Positions 46,751 to 56,407 of a stretch of 64,000 nt of DNA are shown here, piece by piece (positions within the stretch are counted from its first letter, which is position 1; each line of letters opens with the position of its first letter). The stretch is from the NCBI GenBank assembly GCA_050250895.1, contig JBFWNU010000002.1, positions 759,659-823,658 of the forward strand, written 5' to 3'. The translations under genes and the position numbers were made by a program. This DNA is from Vulcanimicrobiota bacterium (GTDB taxonomy: Bacteria; Vulcanimicrobiota; Xenobia; Xenobiales; JADMJV01). Below the pieces are notes generated by a model, which saw only the letters and a list, made by a program, of their open reading frames with translations, was not told where the DNA came from and did not search any database.

Positions 46751-46884
46751 AAGTGGCTCCAGCTAGAGACCAGGATGACGATGAGATAGAGGCTGGTCAG
46801 TCCGAAGATGATGCGAAAGACGGTGGGGTAGGGCTCGACTACGTCATGCTGGAGCACTTTCGGTTCACCATTAGACACGTCCAT
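46747..46884 (-). CDS. Small single-TM protein of the Mrp operon (not listed in the ORF track)
   Basis: MDVSNGEPKVLQHDVVEPYPTVFRIIFGLTSLYLIVILVSSWSHL; TGATG and ATGA couplings on either side. Confidence 0.7.
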   Translation of the reverse strand: MDVSNGEPKVLQHDVVEPYPTVFRIIFGLTSLYLIVILVSSWSHL

Positions 46885-48326
46885 CAGGCACCTCCCGCCC
46901 CAAAAAGCTGGGCTAGCTGTAAGAATGGTTGAGGATAGAAGAAGAGCAATAGCGAGAGGGCGGCCGTGATGACCGGTGGGACCAGGCAGAACGTGGGCGC
47001 CTCGCCGTGTTCGGGGCTGCCTTCAGGCACGGGGCGGAAGTAGGCTCGATAGACGATAGGAAAAAGCGTGCAGGCCTTGAGAAACGAGCTGGCCAGGATG
47101 CACATGGCCGCTCCCGTGAGCCCGGCCTGGAGGGTTCCCTGGAGGATGAGCCACTTGGAGAGAAAGCCGCCCGTGGGCGGCACGCCCACGATCGAGAGGC
47201 TGCCGATAAAGAAACAGGCCATGGTCAAAGGCATGCGGCGACCGATGCCATCGAGTTGGCTGATGTTCTTCTTCTTGCTGGCCACGTAGATGGCTCCGGC
47301 GCAGAAGAAGAGAGTGATCTTTCCGAACGCGTGCATGGCGATGTGGAGGGTTCCGCCGGTGATGCCCGCGGGCTGCAGGGTGGCCACTCCCAGCACGATG
47401 TAAGCCAATTGACCGATGGTGGAAAAGGCCAGGCAGCGCTTGAGATTGTCCTGGGTGAGCATCATCAGGGCGGCGGTCAACACGGTGGTGGCCGTGATAG
47501 CGCACAGGTAGCGATCGGCGCCCATCAGGCTGAGCAAGTCGGTTCCGTAGATACCGCTGAGCACCCGGATGATCGAGAAGACGCCGACCTTGACCACGGC
47601 CACGGCGTGCAGCAGCGAGCTGACCGGCGTAGGTGCCACCATGGCGTTGGGCAACCAGGAGTGGACCGGCATGATGGCCGCTTTGGAGAAGCCGAACACG
47701 AAGGCCAGCAGGACCAGAGCTCGGAACGTGTCCGATCCACCCAGGTGAAGGGCCGAGAATTCGAGGCTGCCGGTGTTGACGAAGACGGCGCACATGGCCG
47801 GAAAGACCAGGGCCACCGAGCCCCCCAAGACATAGGCCAGATACTTGCGCCCCGAGGCCACCGCCTCGGCGTCGCGATGATGGGTGACCAGGGGAAAGGT
47901 CGAGAAGGTCAGCAGCTCATAGAACAGATAGAGGGTGAGCAGGTTGCCGGCCATGGCTACTCCCATGGTGGCTGCGATGGCCACCGCGAAGAAGCAATAG
48001 TAGCGCGTCTGGTCGTGCTCGTGCAGGCCGCGCATGTAGCCGATCGAATAGGCGCTGGTCACCAGCCACAGGCTCGAGGCCACCAGGGCGAACAAGAGAC
48101 CCAGGCCGTCGAGACGCAGACTCAACCAGAGGTTAGGAAACAGCTCGACCAGGTTTTGGTGAGGCACGAGCCCCCGCAATACCGGGTCGAGCTGGGTCAA
48201 AACCAGTCCCAGCAGCAAGAAGCCGGCCCCAAACGTGCAGGCCTCGCGCGCGTTGGGGCTCTTGCGTAAAGCCAGGATGCCGGGCACGGCCAGCAACGAG
48301 GCGCACAAGATGAATATCAGCATCAA
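46884..48326 (-). CDS. Monovalent cation/H+ antiporter subunit D family protein
   Basis: KAAIMPVHSWLPNAMVAPTPVSSLLHAVAVVKVG. Confidence 0.9.
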   Translation of the reverse strand: MMLIFILCASLLAVPGILALRKSPNAREACTFGAGFLLLGLVLTQLDPVLRGLVPHQNLVELFPNLWLSLRLDGLGLLFALVASSLWLVTSAYSIGYMRGLHEHDQTRYYCFFAVAIAATMGVAMAGNLLTLYLFYELLTFSTFPLVTHHRDAEAVASGRKYLAYVLGGSVALVFPAMCAVFVNTGSLEFSALHLGGSDTFRALVLLAFVFGFSKAAIMPVHSWLPNAMVAPTPVSSLLHAVAVVKVGVFSIIRVLSGIYGTDLLSLMGADRYLCAITATTVLTAALMMLTQDNLKRCLAFSTIGQLAYIVLGVATLQPAGITGGTLHIAMHAFGKITLFFCAGAIYVASKKKNISQLDGIGRRMPLTMACFFIGSLSIVGVPPTGGFLSKWLILQGTLQAGLTGAAMCILASSFLKACTLFPIVYRAYFRPVPEGSPEHGEAPTFCLVPPVITAALSLLLFFYPQPFLQLAQLFGAGGA

Positions 48327-49768
48327 CCGGGCACCACCGGCAGCACGAAGTGGGTGATGACCGCGTTCGAGAAGATGCCCAGAGCTAACAAGGCAACTCC
48401 GACTCCGGCCAGGGTGAGGCTCATGGACCAGGGGGCTTCGCCGCGTTTTTCACCGTCAGGAGCATAGAGGCAGCTCTCGAAGATTCGCAAGAACAGGGCG
48501 GCGTTGCAAAGACTGGCGGTCAGCAGCGCGATGGCGAATTCGGGGTGGCCAGCCTGGATGGCTCCGCTCACCAGATAGAACTTGCTGATGAAGCCGCTGG
48601 TGGGTGGCACTCCCACCACTCCCATAGCGCAGATCAACAGGACCGTGGCCGTGACCGGCATGCGTCGAAAGAGCTGTCCGACCTGATCGAAGTTGCGCAC
48701 CTCGAGGCGATAGATGATGTTACCCGTGATCATGAACAGGGCCAGGGTGACCATGGCGTCGTTGACCAGGTGGAAGATGGCGCCGGTCAGGCCCAAGGTG
48801 TTACCTAGCCAGACGCCGCCCGCCATATAACCGGCCTCGGCCACGATGATACAGCTGAAGGCCTTTTTCAGGTCGCGTTTGGATAGCGCCATCAAGGACC
48901 CGCCCACGATGCCGACGGAGGCCAGAAAGACCAGCAAGCCGGCCCATCGGGCCGTAAATTGATGACCGAAGATCGAGAGCATCATGCGAATCATGATATA
49001 GACCGACACCTTGGTCGACAGCGGGCCCACCAGCGAACTGGTGGCGTTCGGGGCATAGGTGTAGGCGTTGGGCAGCCAGGCGTGGAGGGGAAAGAGGGCC
49101 ATTTTGAGCAGAGCCCCCACCAGCATCAGACCAAAACCCACCAGGACCGAATCGCTGGCCGGCAGGGTTTTGAGGATCTGGTGCAGGTCGGCCATGTTGA
49201 GCGAGCCGGTCTTGATGTAGAGATAGCCGACCCCCAACAAATAGAACGAAGCTCCGATGGTGCCCATGATGATGTAGTGAAAAGTGGCCAGATAGGCTCG
49301 GCCGCCGCCCAGGGCAATGAGCCCATAGGTGGACAGCGACGAGATTTCGAGCATCACGTACAAGTTGAAAGCGTCGCCGGTCAGGCTGATCCCCATCAGA
49401 GAAGTCACCAGCAGCAGGGCCAGAGCGTAAAACTGGGGGGCTTTGTGGCCGATCTCCTTTTCCACCAGCGGGGCCGAGTGCAGCAGGCTGACCCAGGCCA
49501 GCACCGCGATCAACACCGTCATCAAAGCCGAGAGCCCGTCCACGATCAGCTCGATTCCCAGAGGCATCGGCCAACCGCTCACGTGGTAGTGGACGGCGCC
49601 GTGCTCGATAGCCTGTTGGGCCGCGCCCAGGGCGATGGCGACCTCGGCGGTAAGCGCCGCCTGGGCCAGCGGATAAGCGGCTCTCTGACCCAGCCAGAGC
49701 CCGGCCAGGTGAGCCGCAAAGGCCGACAGCAGGGGCACGACCACCAGCAAGACGGGAAGATGGCTCAT
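48323..49768 (-). CDS. mrpD: Monovalent cation/H+ antiporter subunit D
   Basis: TGDAFNLYVMLEISS, KMALFPLHAWLPNAY, GVPPTSGFISK. Confidence 0.88.
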   Translation of the reverse strand: MSHLPVLLVVVPLLSAFAAHLAGLWLGQRAAYPLAQAALTAEVAIALGAAQQAIEHGAVHYHVSGWPMPLGIELIVDGLSALMTVLIAVLAWVSLLHSAPLVEKEIGHKAPQFYALALLLVTSLMGISLTGDAFNLYVMLEISSLSTYGLIALGGGRAYLATFHYIIMGTIGASFYLLGVGYLYIKTGSLNMADLHQILKTLPASDSVLVGFGLMLVGALLKMALFPLHAWLPNAYTYAPNATSSLVGPLSTKVSVYIMIRMMLSIFGHQFTARWAGLLVFLASVGIVGGSLMALSKRDLKKAFSCIIVAEAGYMAGGVWLGNTLGLTGAIFHLVNDAMVTLALFMITGNIIYRLEVRNFDQVGQLFRRMPVTATVLLICAMGVVGVPPTSGFISKFYLVSGAIQAGHPEFAIALLTASLCNAALFLRIFESCLYAPDGEKRGEAPWSMSLTLAGVGVALLALGIFSNAVITHFVLPVVPG

Positions 49769-50142
49769 CGGGTAAGCTGCTCCAGGATCTCGCTCTCTTC
49801 GGTGGTTCCATAAAGATTGTAGATCTGTTGGATCAAAGCCAGAGCAACCCCCACTGTGGCTACGCCCACCACGATGGCGGTCAGCATCAGCACGTGAGGT
49901 AGAGGGTTGATATAGTCGGCCGCATGGACCACCGCGTGGCCACCGTGGTGAGCATCGATGATGGGGATGTTGGCGTTCTGCTTGCGGCCGATCGAAACAT
50001 AGAACAGGATCATGGCGGTTTGGAAGATGGACAGACCGATGAGCTTCTTGACCAGATTGTCCTTGGCCACGGCCCCGTACAGCCCGACCATCAGCAATAC
50101 GATGTAGGCCCAGTAGATGAACTTATGAATGAAGAACTCCAC
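49765..50142 (-). CDS. mrpC: Na+/H+ antiporter subunit C
   Basis: NLVKKLIGLSIFQ, NPLPHVLMLTAIVVG. Confidence 0.92.
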   Translation of the reverse strand: MEFFIHKFIYWAYIVLLMVGLYGAVAKDNLVKKLIGLSIFQTAMILFYVSIGRKQNANIPIIDAHHGGHAVVHAADYINPLPHVLMLTAIVVGVATVGVALALIQQIYNLYGTTEESEILEQLTR

Positions 50143-50907
50143 TTAGAGACCCTCATCCTGACGGCCGCCCGAAGCAAGATCCACGTAAAGAAAGAAGATG
50201 ACCGAGCAGACGGTCAGCGTCACGCCGCACTCGACCCCCAGGATGCCTAGCGAGTGGCACTGGGCGGCCGAGACCCCCAGCAACGGCTGCAAGGCTTCGT
50301 ACTCGAAAAAATTGCCCCCCATGCACAGACAAATCACGCCGACGCCGGCATAGATGATGACGCCTACGGCCGCCAGTGTCAGAAAGATCTGGCGGGGAAA
50401 CTTCGACAGGGCAGTCTTGAGATCGAAGGCTATGGCCAGGAGGATGTAGCTCGAGGCCATGATCACTCCGGCTTGAAAGCCTCCGCCCGGACTGTGGTGG
50501 CCGTGGGCCAGCACATAGAGGGCAAAGAGCTGAATGATTGGAAAAAGAATGCGACAGCTAATCTCGATGACCAGGTCGCGGGGCGGCGTGACCGTCTCGA
50601 GCCTCTCGGGCTCGGGATTGCGGTAGCGGGCCAGCGGCGCCAGGGGGACGCCCAGAAACAACACCACCGCACAGCCGGCCGTGAAGACCACGCTGGTCTC
50701 GAGCATCGTGTCGTAGTTTCTGTAGTCGGCCAGAATGGCCGAGACCAGGTTGGGTACATCCGTCTTTTCGTAGGCCTCTTCAATGTAGGTCGGCGAGATG
50801 TGGCGATTGGCCGGCGAGTTGGGGTCGCCCCAATCGGGAAAATCGCCCGACGCGTAGAGCAGCAGGGCACCGACGAAGACACAGACGATAAAAGCGACTC
50901 GCCTCAT
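50143..50907 (-). CDS. mrpB: Na+/H+ antiporter subunit B
   Basis: NLVSAILADYRNYDTMLE, HGHHSPGGGFQAG; ATG 50907. Confidence 0.88.
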   Translation of the reverse strand: MRRVAFIVCVFVGALLLYASGDFPDWGDPNSPANRHISPTYIEEAYEKTDVPNLVSAILADYRNYDTMLETSVVFTAGCAVVLFLGVPLAPLARYRNPEPERLETVTPPRDLVIEISCRILFPIIQLFALYVLAHGHHSPGGGFQAGVIMASSYILLAIAFDLKTALSKFPRQIFLTLAAVGVIIYAGVGVICLCMGGNFFEYEALQPLLGVSAAQCHSLGILGVECGVTLTVCSVIFFLYVDLASGGRQDEGL

Positions 50908-51146
50908 TTGGAACTCTTTCGCGAGGTTCGCAGGATGGTGGCGAGAAAGAAGACGGTGCTGGCTCCCGCTCCGACGGCCGCCTCGGTGAAGGCTACGTCC
51001 ACCGCGCCCAGAGTGGCGTAGACGATGCACATCAAGAAGCTGTAAGCCCCCAGGATGATGGTCGAGGTCAGCAAACATTCGCCTTCGAGAGCGGCGATGG
51101 CGGTCACGATCACGAAGATCATGAGGAAAACGTCAAGAATCCACAT
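50904..51146 (-). CDS. DUF4040 / MrpB-associated small subunit
   Basis: LGAVDVAFTEAAVGAGAST. Confidence 0.85.
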   Translation of the reverse strand: MWILDVFLMIFVIVTAIAALEGECLLTSTIILGAYSFLMCIVYATLGAVDVAFTEAAVGAGASTVFFLATILRTSRKSSK

Positions 51147-51489
51147 CGGCGGCCTCCTCTGCGGCGGATTGCCGAACCCACGGGGTGAATCCGGCCTGGT
51201 AGCCGGCCTCGATCAGAGCATGCGAAGCGGTGGGGCTGGCCACAAACACAAAGGCGACGATGAAAAGGAACTTCAGGCATAAGAGCACCTCGCCCACGTC
51301 GATATGGCGAAGGGCGTGAATGGCGAAGGCGCTCAGCAAGAGCATTGACGAGAGAGTGTCGCCCTTGGCGGCGCCGTGCATGCGAGTGTAGAAATCGGGC
51401 AGACGCATGACTCCCAATACCGTGCCTAGAAAGAAAAGCAGGCCTCCGGCCAGGAAGGCGATGACCAGCAGATCGACCGGGCCCGGCAT
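51133..51489 (-). CDS. mrpG: Na+/H+ antiporter subunit G
   Basis: RLPDFYTRMHGAAKGDTL, SPTASHAL. Confidence 0.9.
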   Translation of the reverse strand: MPGPVDLLVIAFLAGGLLFFLGTVLGVMRLPDFYTRMHGAAKGDTLSSMLLLSAFAIHALRHIDVGEVLLCLKFLFIVAFVFVASPTASHALIEAGYQAGFTPWVRQSAAEEAADVDS

Positions 51490-51770
51490 CAAGAACTCCC
51501 GTCCTCGTGGTGGCGCCGCCACAAAAGCTTGGCTGCCGCGAGTGAGGCCAAAAAGTTGAGCAGGGCGTAGGTCAGGGCTAGATCGACGAACATGTCGAGG
51601 TGGTGAAAGAGGACTCCGACCACCAGCAACAGTACCGTCGTTTTGGTTCCGATAATGTTGGCCCCGATCATGCGGTCGATGGTGGTAGGGCCAATCACCG
51701 TGCGGTAAAGCATCGGTAGCATCATGAGGATGAGCAGCACGCCAGTGACGAGAAAAGCGGTTTCCATCAT
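51489..51770 (-). CDS. mrpF: Na+/H+ antiporter subunit F
   Basis: RTVIGPTTIDRM, DLALTYALLNF. Confidence 0.9.
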   Translation of the reverse strand: MMETAFLVTGVLLILMMLPMLYRTVIGPTTIDRMIGANIIGTKTTVLLLVVGVLFHHLDMFVDLALTYALLNFLASLAAAKLLWRRHHEDGSS

Positions 51771-52258
51771 TTGGGCAGCTCCAACCCGGGCTCGAAGGTG
51801 GCCGCGATGCGACGTTCCATCTCGCCTGGTAGCGAAGCCGCCATGCCCTCGGTCAAGGCGTGAACCATGAAACGCGGTCCGTCGACTCTTACCGTCACCG
51901 TTCCGGGGGTCAAGGTGATCGACTGGGCGAAGACCCAGCGCGAGAAGTCTTGGCGCAAGTGGGTCTCGAACTCGAAGGTCTGGGGCGAGATCGCCTCGAG
52001 CACGTTGGGTCGCAAGACCAACTTGAAGACCTCGATATTGGCGATGATGATCTCTTTGACCAGCCACACCAGGTAGGCCGGCACCCGGGTCACCATGGCC
52101 CAATCGACGGGGCCGCTATCCCCGCGCAGGATGATGTTGCCGGTCGAGCGGGCCACCCACAAGGAGGCCAGAGCCCCCAGGCTCAAGTGAAACGGGTCGA
52201 ACATACCCGACAACACCACCCAGGTGGCCATCAGCAGTATGAACCTCAGCCAGAACAC
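51767..52258 (-). CDS. mrpE: Na+/H+ antiporter subunit E
   Basis: WLVKEIIIANIEV, AQSITLTPGTVTV, VHAL. Confidence 0.92.
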   Translation of the reverse strand: MFWLRFILLMATWVVLSGMFDPFHLSLGALASLWVARSTGNIILRGDSGPVDWAMVTRVPAYLVWLVKEIIIANIEVFKLVLRPNVLEAISPQTFEFETHLRQDFSRWVFAQSITLTPGTVTVRVDGPRFMVHALTEGMAASLPGEMERRIAATFEPGLELPK

Positions 52259-52295
52259 GCGCGCCTATTCAATAGCTGCCCCCGTCCACCTTCAA

Positions 52296-52988
52296 TCAAC
52301 AATGGCCGACCTGGATGGGGCAAAAATCGAGAAAATCGCAGGATACCAGGTGATAGTGCACCCCGTTGCGCAGCCCTCGCACAGGGCGGTGATTGCCACC
52401 GAGATGCAGGTGTCCATAGACGCACACATCGATGCTGGCGGCCTCGAGCACCTGCGTGAATTCGGTTTCGGCCTGCCGGTGGGTCAGGGGAGGGTAGTGG
52501 ATCAGCGCGATGCGCAGCCTGGCGTCCTTGGCCAGGGCCCCGGTCGAGAGTTTGAGGCGTTCCACCTCGCGTCGGTAGATTTTCTCGTCATGAGCGTCGT
52601 CGAAGCCATCGGGCCCAGGCAGGTCCCAGCCCCGAGTGCCGCACACAGCTACCGGGCCCACCTGGACCGCGTCATTTTGCAGAAAGTGTAACCCGGGAAA
52701 GCGCTTGCGCACCTTGCCCAGGCTCTGCCACCAGTAATCGTGGTTGCCTTTGCAGAGTATCTTGATCCCGGGCAGGTTGGCGATGAAACTCAGGTCCTGG
52801 TCGGCTTGCTCGAGCTTCATCGCCCAGCTGTGGTCTCCGGGCAGCAGCAGCAGGTCGTCGTCGGCCACCCGTTGGCGACAGTTTGCCTCGACCTTTTCCC
52901 AGTGGCGACCCCAGTGCTCTCCAAAAAGATCCATGGGCTTGTCACCACCCAGCGAGAGGTGAAGGTCACTGATTGCCCAGATTTTCAT
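52296..52988 (-). CDS. Calcineurin-like metallophosphoesterase
   Basis: AISDLHL, PGDHSW, KGNHDYWW, HYPP, YGHLH. Confidence 0.9.
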   Translation of the reverse strand: MKIWAISDLHLSLGGDKPMDLFGEHWGRHWEKVEANCRQRVADDDLLLLPGDHSWAMKLEQADQDLSFIANLPGIKILCKGNHDYWWQSLGKVRKRFPGLHFLQNDAVQVGPVAVCGTRGWDLPGPDGFDDAHDEKIYRREVERLKLSTGALAKDARLRIALIHYPPLTHRQAETEFTQVLEAASIDVCVYGHLHLGGNHRPVRGLRNGVHYHLVSCDFLDFCPIQVGHC

Positions 52989-53062
52989 CGGCCCGCCCTT
53001 TTCGCCCGGCGTGGGCCTTTCCTGCGGGCAGGTCGCCACACCGAAAACTCGAAAAGCCAGCA

Positions 53063-53908
53063 ATGCTTGCCACCCCGGCCACGAAAGCCCACGAGATCGC
53101 CGTCGATATCTTCGGCGTGGGCTCTCGCCCCTGCCGCGTGAGTCAGGAGAAGATCGTCGACTACTACACCGACGGTCGTCCCCTTTTTGAGTGGGAGGAA
53201 ATGCGCCAGCGCTTCATCCTGGGCAGTCAGACCAAGATTCTGAATTATTGTGAGCCGTGCTTTTTGAGCGTGTTTGGGGGGCTCGAGGGCTGCAAAGGCG
53301 AGATCGACAACCTCGATATCCTCTTTCGGGCCATGGCCGAACAGGCTCCCCACTCGCCCTGGAACGAGGTTCCTCAGGACGGGACTCCGATATTCCCCGA
53401 TCAGCTCCGAGAAATGGCCGTGCAGCTCGAGTTGTTGCGGGTCACTCTACACCAATCCGAATGGCCCATCGCCCAGCCTCGTTACGACGGGCAATCGGTG
53501 CGAGAGCAGTTGCCCGACGGGCCCGGTCGGCGCCAGTTCTATATCTGGGATGGCGAAGGGCCACCTTCGATCATCGCTCACAACGATGGCTATCAGATCT
53601 ATTTCTCCAAGCATGGCCTGTTAGTCAAACCGACCTACTCCGATCCGATACCCCACACCTTCGTCAAGATCTGGCGCGAACACCGCGGAACCTTCGGCCT
53701 GAGCTCCAGTGGCGAGACCATCGGCTTTCCCATCTCGAGGGGTAGATATCCCATGTGGGGGTTCGAGAACGTGCCCGGGGCCGAGTTGGTGGTCGAGGTG
53801 ATTCCGTCCGACGAGGCATTCGCAGACGTGATCGACATCCTTGATGTCTTCGTGTCGCTGGCCAATCAGTTCGATACCGGGATCACCATCCGTGCCCTCG
53901 GACGATAG
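53063..53908 (+). CDS. Hypothetical protein
   Basis: Long ORF with host-like codon use; N-terminal Cys cluster PC...YCEPC...GC. Confidence 0.7.
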   Translation: MLATPATKAHEIAVDIFGVGSRPCRVSQEKIVDYYTDGRPLFEWEEMRQRFILGSQTKILNYCEPCFLSVFGGLEGCKGEIDNLDILFRAMAEQAPHSPWNEVPQDGTPIFPDQLREMAVQLELLRVTLHQSEWPIAQPRYDGQSVREQLPDGPGRRQFYIWDGEGPPSIIAHNDGYQIYFSKHGLLVKPTYSDPIPHTFVKIWREHRGTFGLSSSGETIGFPISRGRYPMWGFENVPGAELVVEVIPSDEAFADVIDILDVFVSLANQFDTGITIRALGR

Positions 53909-53942
53909 GAGTTTTGCCGTTCCCTGAGAACAAGGCCGGGCC

Positions 53943-55187
53943 ATGGGGGACGAAAAGAAGACAGGGGTAGATCCGGGTATGGGTTGGTGGAGGACGGTCC
54001 TATGGCTGGTCGTACTGCTGGTCGGCTTCATGCTGCTGGCCCACATCACGAACACCCTGTTGGTTTTTGGCCTGGCCTGGCTGATCGCTTATCTGCTCAA
54101 TCCGGTCGTCGATCTGCTCGAGGGCCAGAAGCTTGGCCCCGTCAAAGAACTCAAGCGCGGTGTAGCCATTTCGCTGGTCTATCTCATCTTGATCGGAGCG
54201 CTGCTGGCGGTGGCCGCCCTTCTCTTTCCTCAGGTCTCGCACCAGATGGAGAAGGTGTTGGCCCTTCAAAGCACCCTCGACGACCCTATCGAGCTGCGTT
54301 TTCGCATTCAAGAGAAGATCGATTTTCTCATGGACAAGCTGCGTCTGCCCACCGAGACTCGCGACCAATTGTTCAAGCGTGCCGCCGAGCTCGTCCAGGA
54401 TAGCACCTCCAAGATCGGCAGCTGGGTGGGCAAGGCCTTTCAATACCTGGCCGCTTTCATCGGTCAGATGGTCTCGGGCCTGTTCCTGTTCATCACCGCC
54501 CTGATCGTCTCGATCTACATGTTGCAGAATTGGCACGACTCGGGCGACGTATTTGTCGAGTGGCTGCCTTACGACTATCAAGACGACGCTCGGGCCCTGG
54601 GTCTGAAGATGAACGAGATCTTCGGCGGCTACCTCAAGGCCACCATCATTACCAGTTTGGCCTGTGGCGTGGCCACCCTGGTGGCGCTGTGGATCCTGTC
54701 CACGATATGGGGCGCTCACTTCCCTTACATCTTCCTGATCGCTTTCATCGCTGGCATGACCTATCCAATCCCCATTCTAGGAATCATCGGAACCTCCATC
54801 GTGGGTGGCGTTCTCGGCTTTTTGCCCGAGAATGACCTGGGGTTCGCGGTAGCCGTGTTCGTGGTGATCAACGTGGTGAACAGCATCATCGACCGGACCG
54901 TCCAGCCCAAGCTGATGAGCGACGCCATCGGAGTATCCGAGTTGTTCGTGATGTTCGCGGCCTTTGCCGGCGGCGAGTTGATGGGTATCTGGGGAATGCT
55001 GCTGGGTATCCCGGTGGCCGCCATGGCCAAGACTCTGTTCGTCTGGTTCCACGGGCGCTTTCTGGTGGATCAGCCCGAGCCCGTTCCCCCTCCCGAAGAG
55101 CCCCGCTCGAAGAAGGCCGACAGGAAGAAGAAAAAGCCCGCCAAGAAAGAGGCTCCCGAGCCTTCCCCTACCGAGCCCGCCGTCTAG
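53943..55187 (+). CDS. AI-2E family (PerM) transporter
   Basis: IAYLLNPVVD, VQPKLMSDAIG, GGELMGIWGMLLGIPVAA. Confidence 0.9.
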   Translation: MGDEKKTGVDPGMGWWRTVLWLVVLLVGFMLLAHITNTLLVFGLAWLIAYLLNPVVDLLEGQKLGPVKELKRGVAISLVYLILIGALLAVAALLFPQVSHQMEKVLALQSTLDDPIELRFRIQEKIDFLMDKLRLPTETRDQLFKRAAELVQDSTSKIGSWVGKAFQYLAAFIGQMVSGLFLFITALIVSIYMLQNWHDSGDVFVEWLPYDYQDDARALGLKMNEIFGGYLKATIITSLACGVATLVALWILSTIWGAHFPYIFLIAFIAGMTYPIPILGIIGTSIVGGVLGFLPENDLGFAVAVFVVINVVNSIIDRTVQPKLMSDAIGVSELFVMFAAFAGGELMGIWGMLLGIPVAAMAKTLFVWFHGRFLVDQPEPVPPPEEPRSKKADRKKKKPAKKEAPEPSPTEPAV

Positions 55188-55304
55188 GCAACGTGCCTTT
55201 TTTGTAACAATCGGCGGGATGTTCAAGAGTCAGCAACTCATGGCAACCGACCGAGTTGTTAACTTCAAACTCCAGCACCGGCCCAGGCCAAGGAGGAGTT
55301 TTCG

Positions 55305-56306
55305 TTGTTAAATAGGCTTTCTACCGCCCCCACTATCCACCAGGCGCGAGTCAAGACTCGTTCGCACCAGCACAAACAGCCGGTAGATCGCTTTACTCCC
55401 AGTTCTCCCAATCTAGAAGCGAGGTCTGACGCCCTTCGCCAGGCCGCCCTCTCGCGAACGTCCGCTCCGAGCGACGAACAGGTCCGCAATTTTCCGGGCC
55501 GCGAGGGCTACCAGGCCGAGTTTCTGGGGCGAGACCTGCCGCTGCCTGCCCTGGCCCCCGAGATTGCCGATCGGGCCGCTCCTTTGCGTTCCAATCCCAA
55601 CGAACATGTGCTCAAGTACACTCATTTTTCGATCGTGATGGACAAAGAGCGAAGAGCTCCCATCTTCACCGCCGTCAACATCGACGGAGCCCAGCTGGTA
55701 GATGTTCCCCGCGACGGCGATTGGGCCATCGATGGCCGCATGGCTCGCGAGTATCAGCTGGGCAACGAGGCTTACACCCACAACCCTATCGACCGTGGTC
55801 ACATGGTGCGCCGGCGCGACCCGGTCTGGGGTCCCGAGGCTCGCCAGGCCAGCGAAGACACCTTCGTTTATACCAACGCCTCTCTGCAGCACCAGGACCT
55901 CAACCAGAAAGAATGGCTGGAACTCGAAAACCACATCTTCGACCACGCCGAAACGCAAGACCAGAAGATGACTGTCTTTACGGGCCCCGTCTTCCGCGAC
56001 GACGACCCGGTTTTCGACAACAAGGGTCGTATCAATCCCCCCACCCAGATTCCCGAGGAATTTTGGAAGATGGTGGTCTGGAACGACCCCGAGGAGGGCC
56101 TCAAAGGCGCGGCCTTCGTCCTGTCGCAGCGAGACCTGATCGGGCACCGAAGCTTGTTCAAGAGCGACCTGCCCCCCGGGCGTTTTCAGGTCTACCAGGT
56201 TCCCATCGAGAAGCTCGAGCAGATGACCCATCTCAAGTTCGGCCCGGTGGCAGGCGTCTGCCAACAGAGTTGCCTGATCGGCGAGATCGACCACATCCAG
56301 GTGTAG
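55305..56306 (+). CDS. DNA/RNA non-specific endonuclease (NucA/EndoG type), no Sec signal
   Basis: LKYTHFSIVM, DRGHMVRR, TFVYTNASLQ, LNQKEWLELE, IPEEFWKMVV; AGGAGGAG RBS and TTG start. Confidence 0.92.
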   Translation: MLNRLSTAPTIHQARVKTRSHQHKQPVDRFTPSSPNLEARSDALRQAALSRTSAPSDEQVRNFPGREGYQAEFLGRDLPLPALAPEIADRAAPLRSNPNEHVLKYTHFSIVMDKERRAPIFTAVNIDGAQLVDVPRDGDWAIDGRMAREYQLGNEAYTHNPIDRGHMVRRRDPVWGPEARQASEDTFVYTNASLQHQDLNQKEWLELENHIFDHAETQDQKMTVFTGPVFRDDDPVFDNKGRINPPTQIPEEFWKMVVWNDPEEGLKGAAFVLSQRDLIGHRSLFKSDLPPGRFQVYQVPIEKLEQMTHLKFGPVAGVCQQSCLIGEIDHIQV

Positions 56307-56407
56307 TTCGACGCTTCGCGTCGCGAGCGGATTAAAGGCCGTCGTTGCTAGAAGATTGCCGCCCCCCGAAGCCCACGATAGGGTACAATCGTGGGCTTCT
56401 TTATGTT

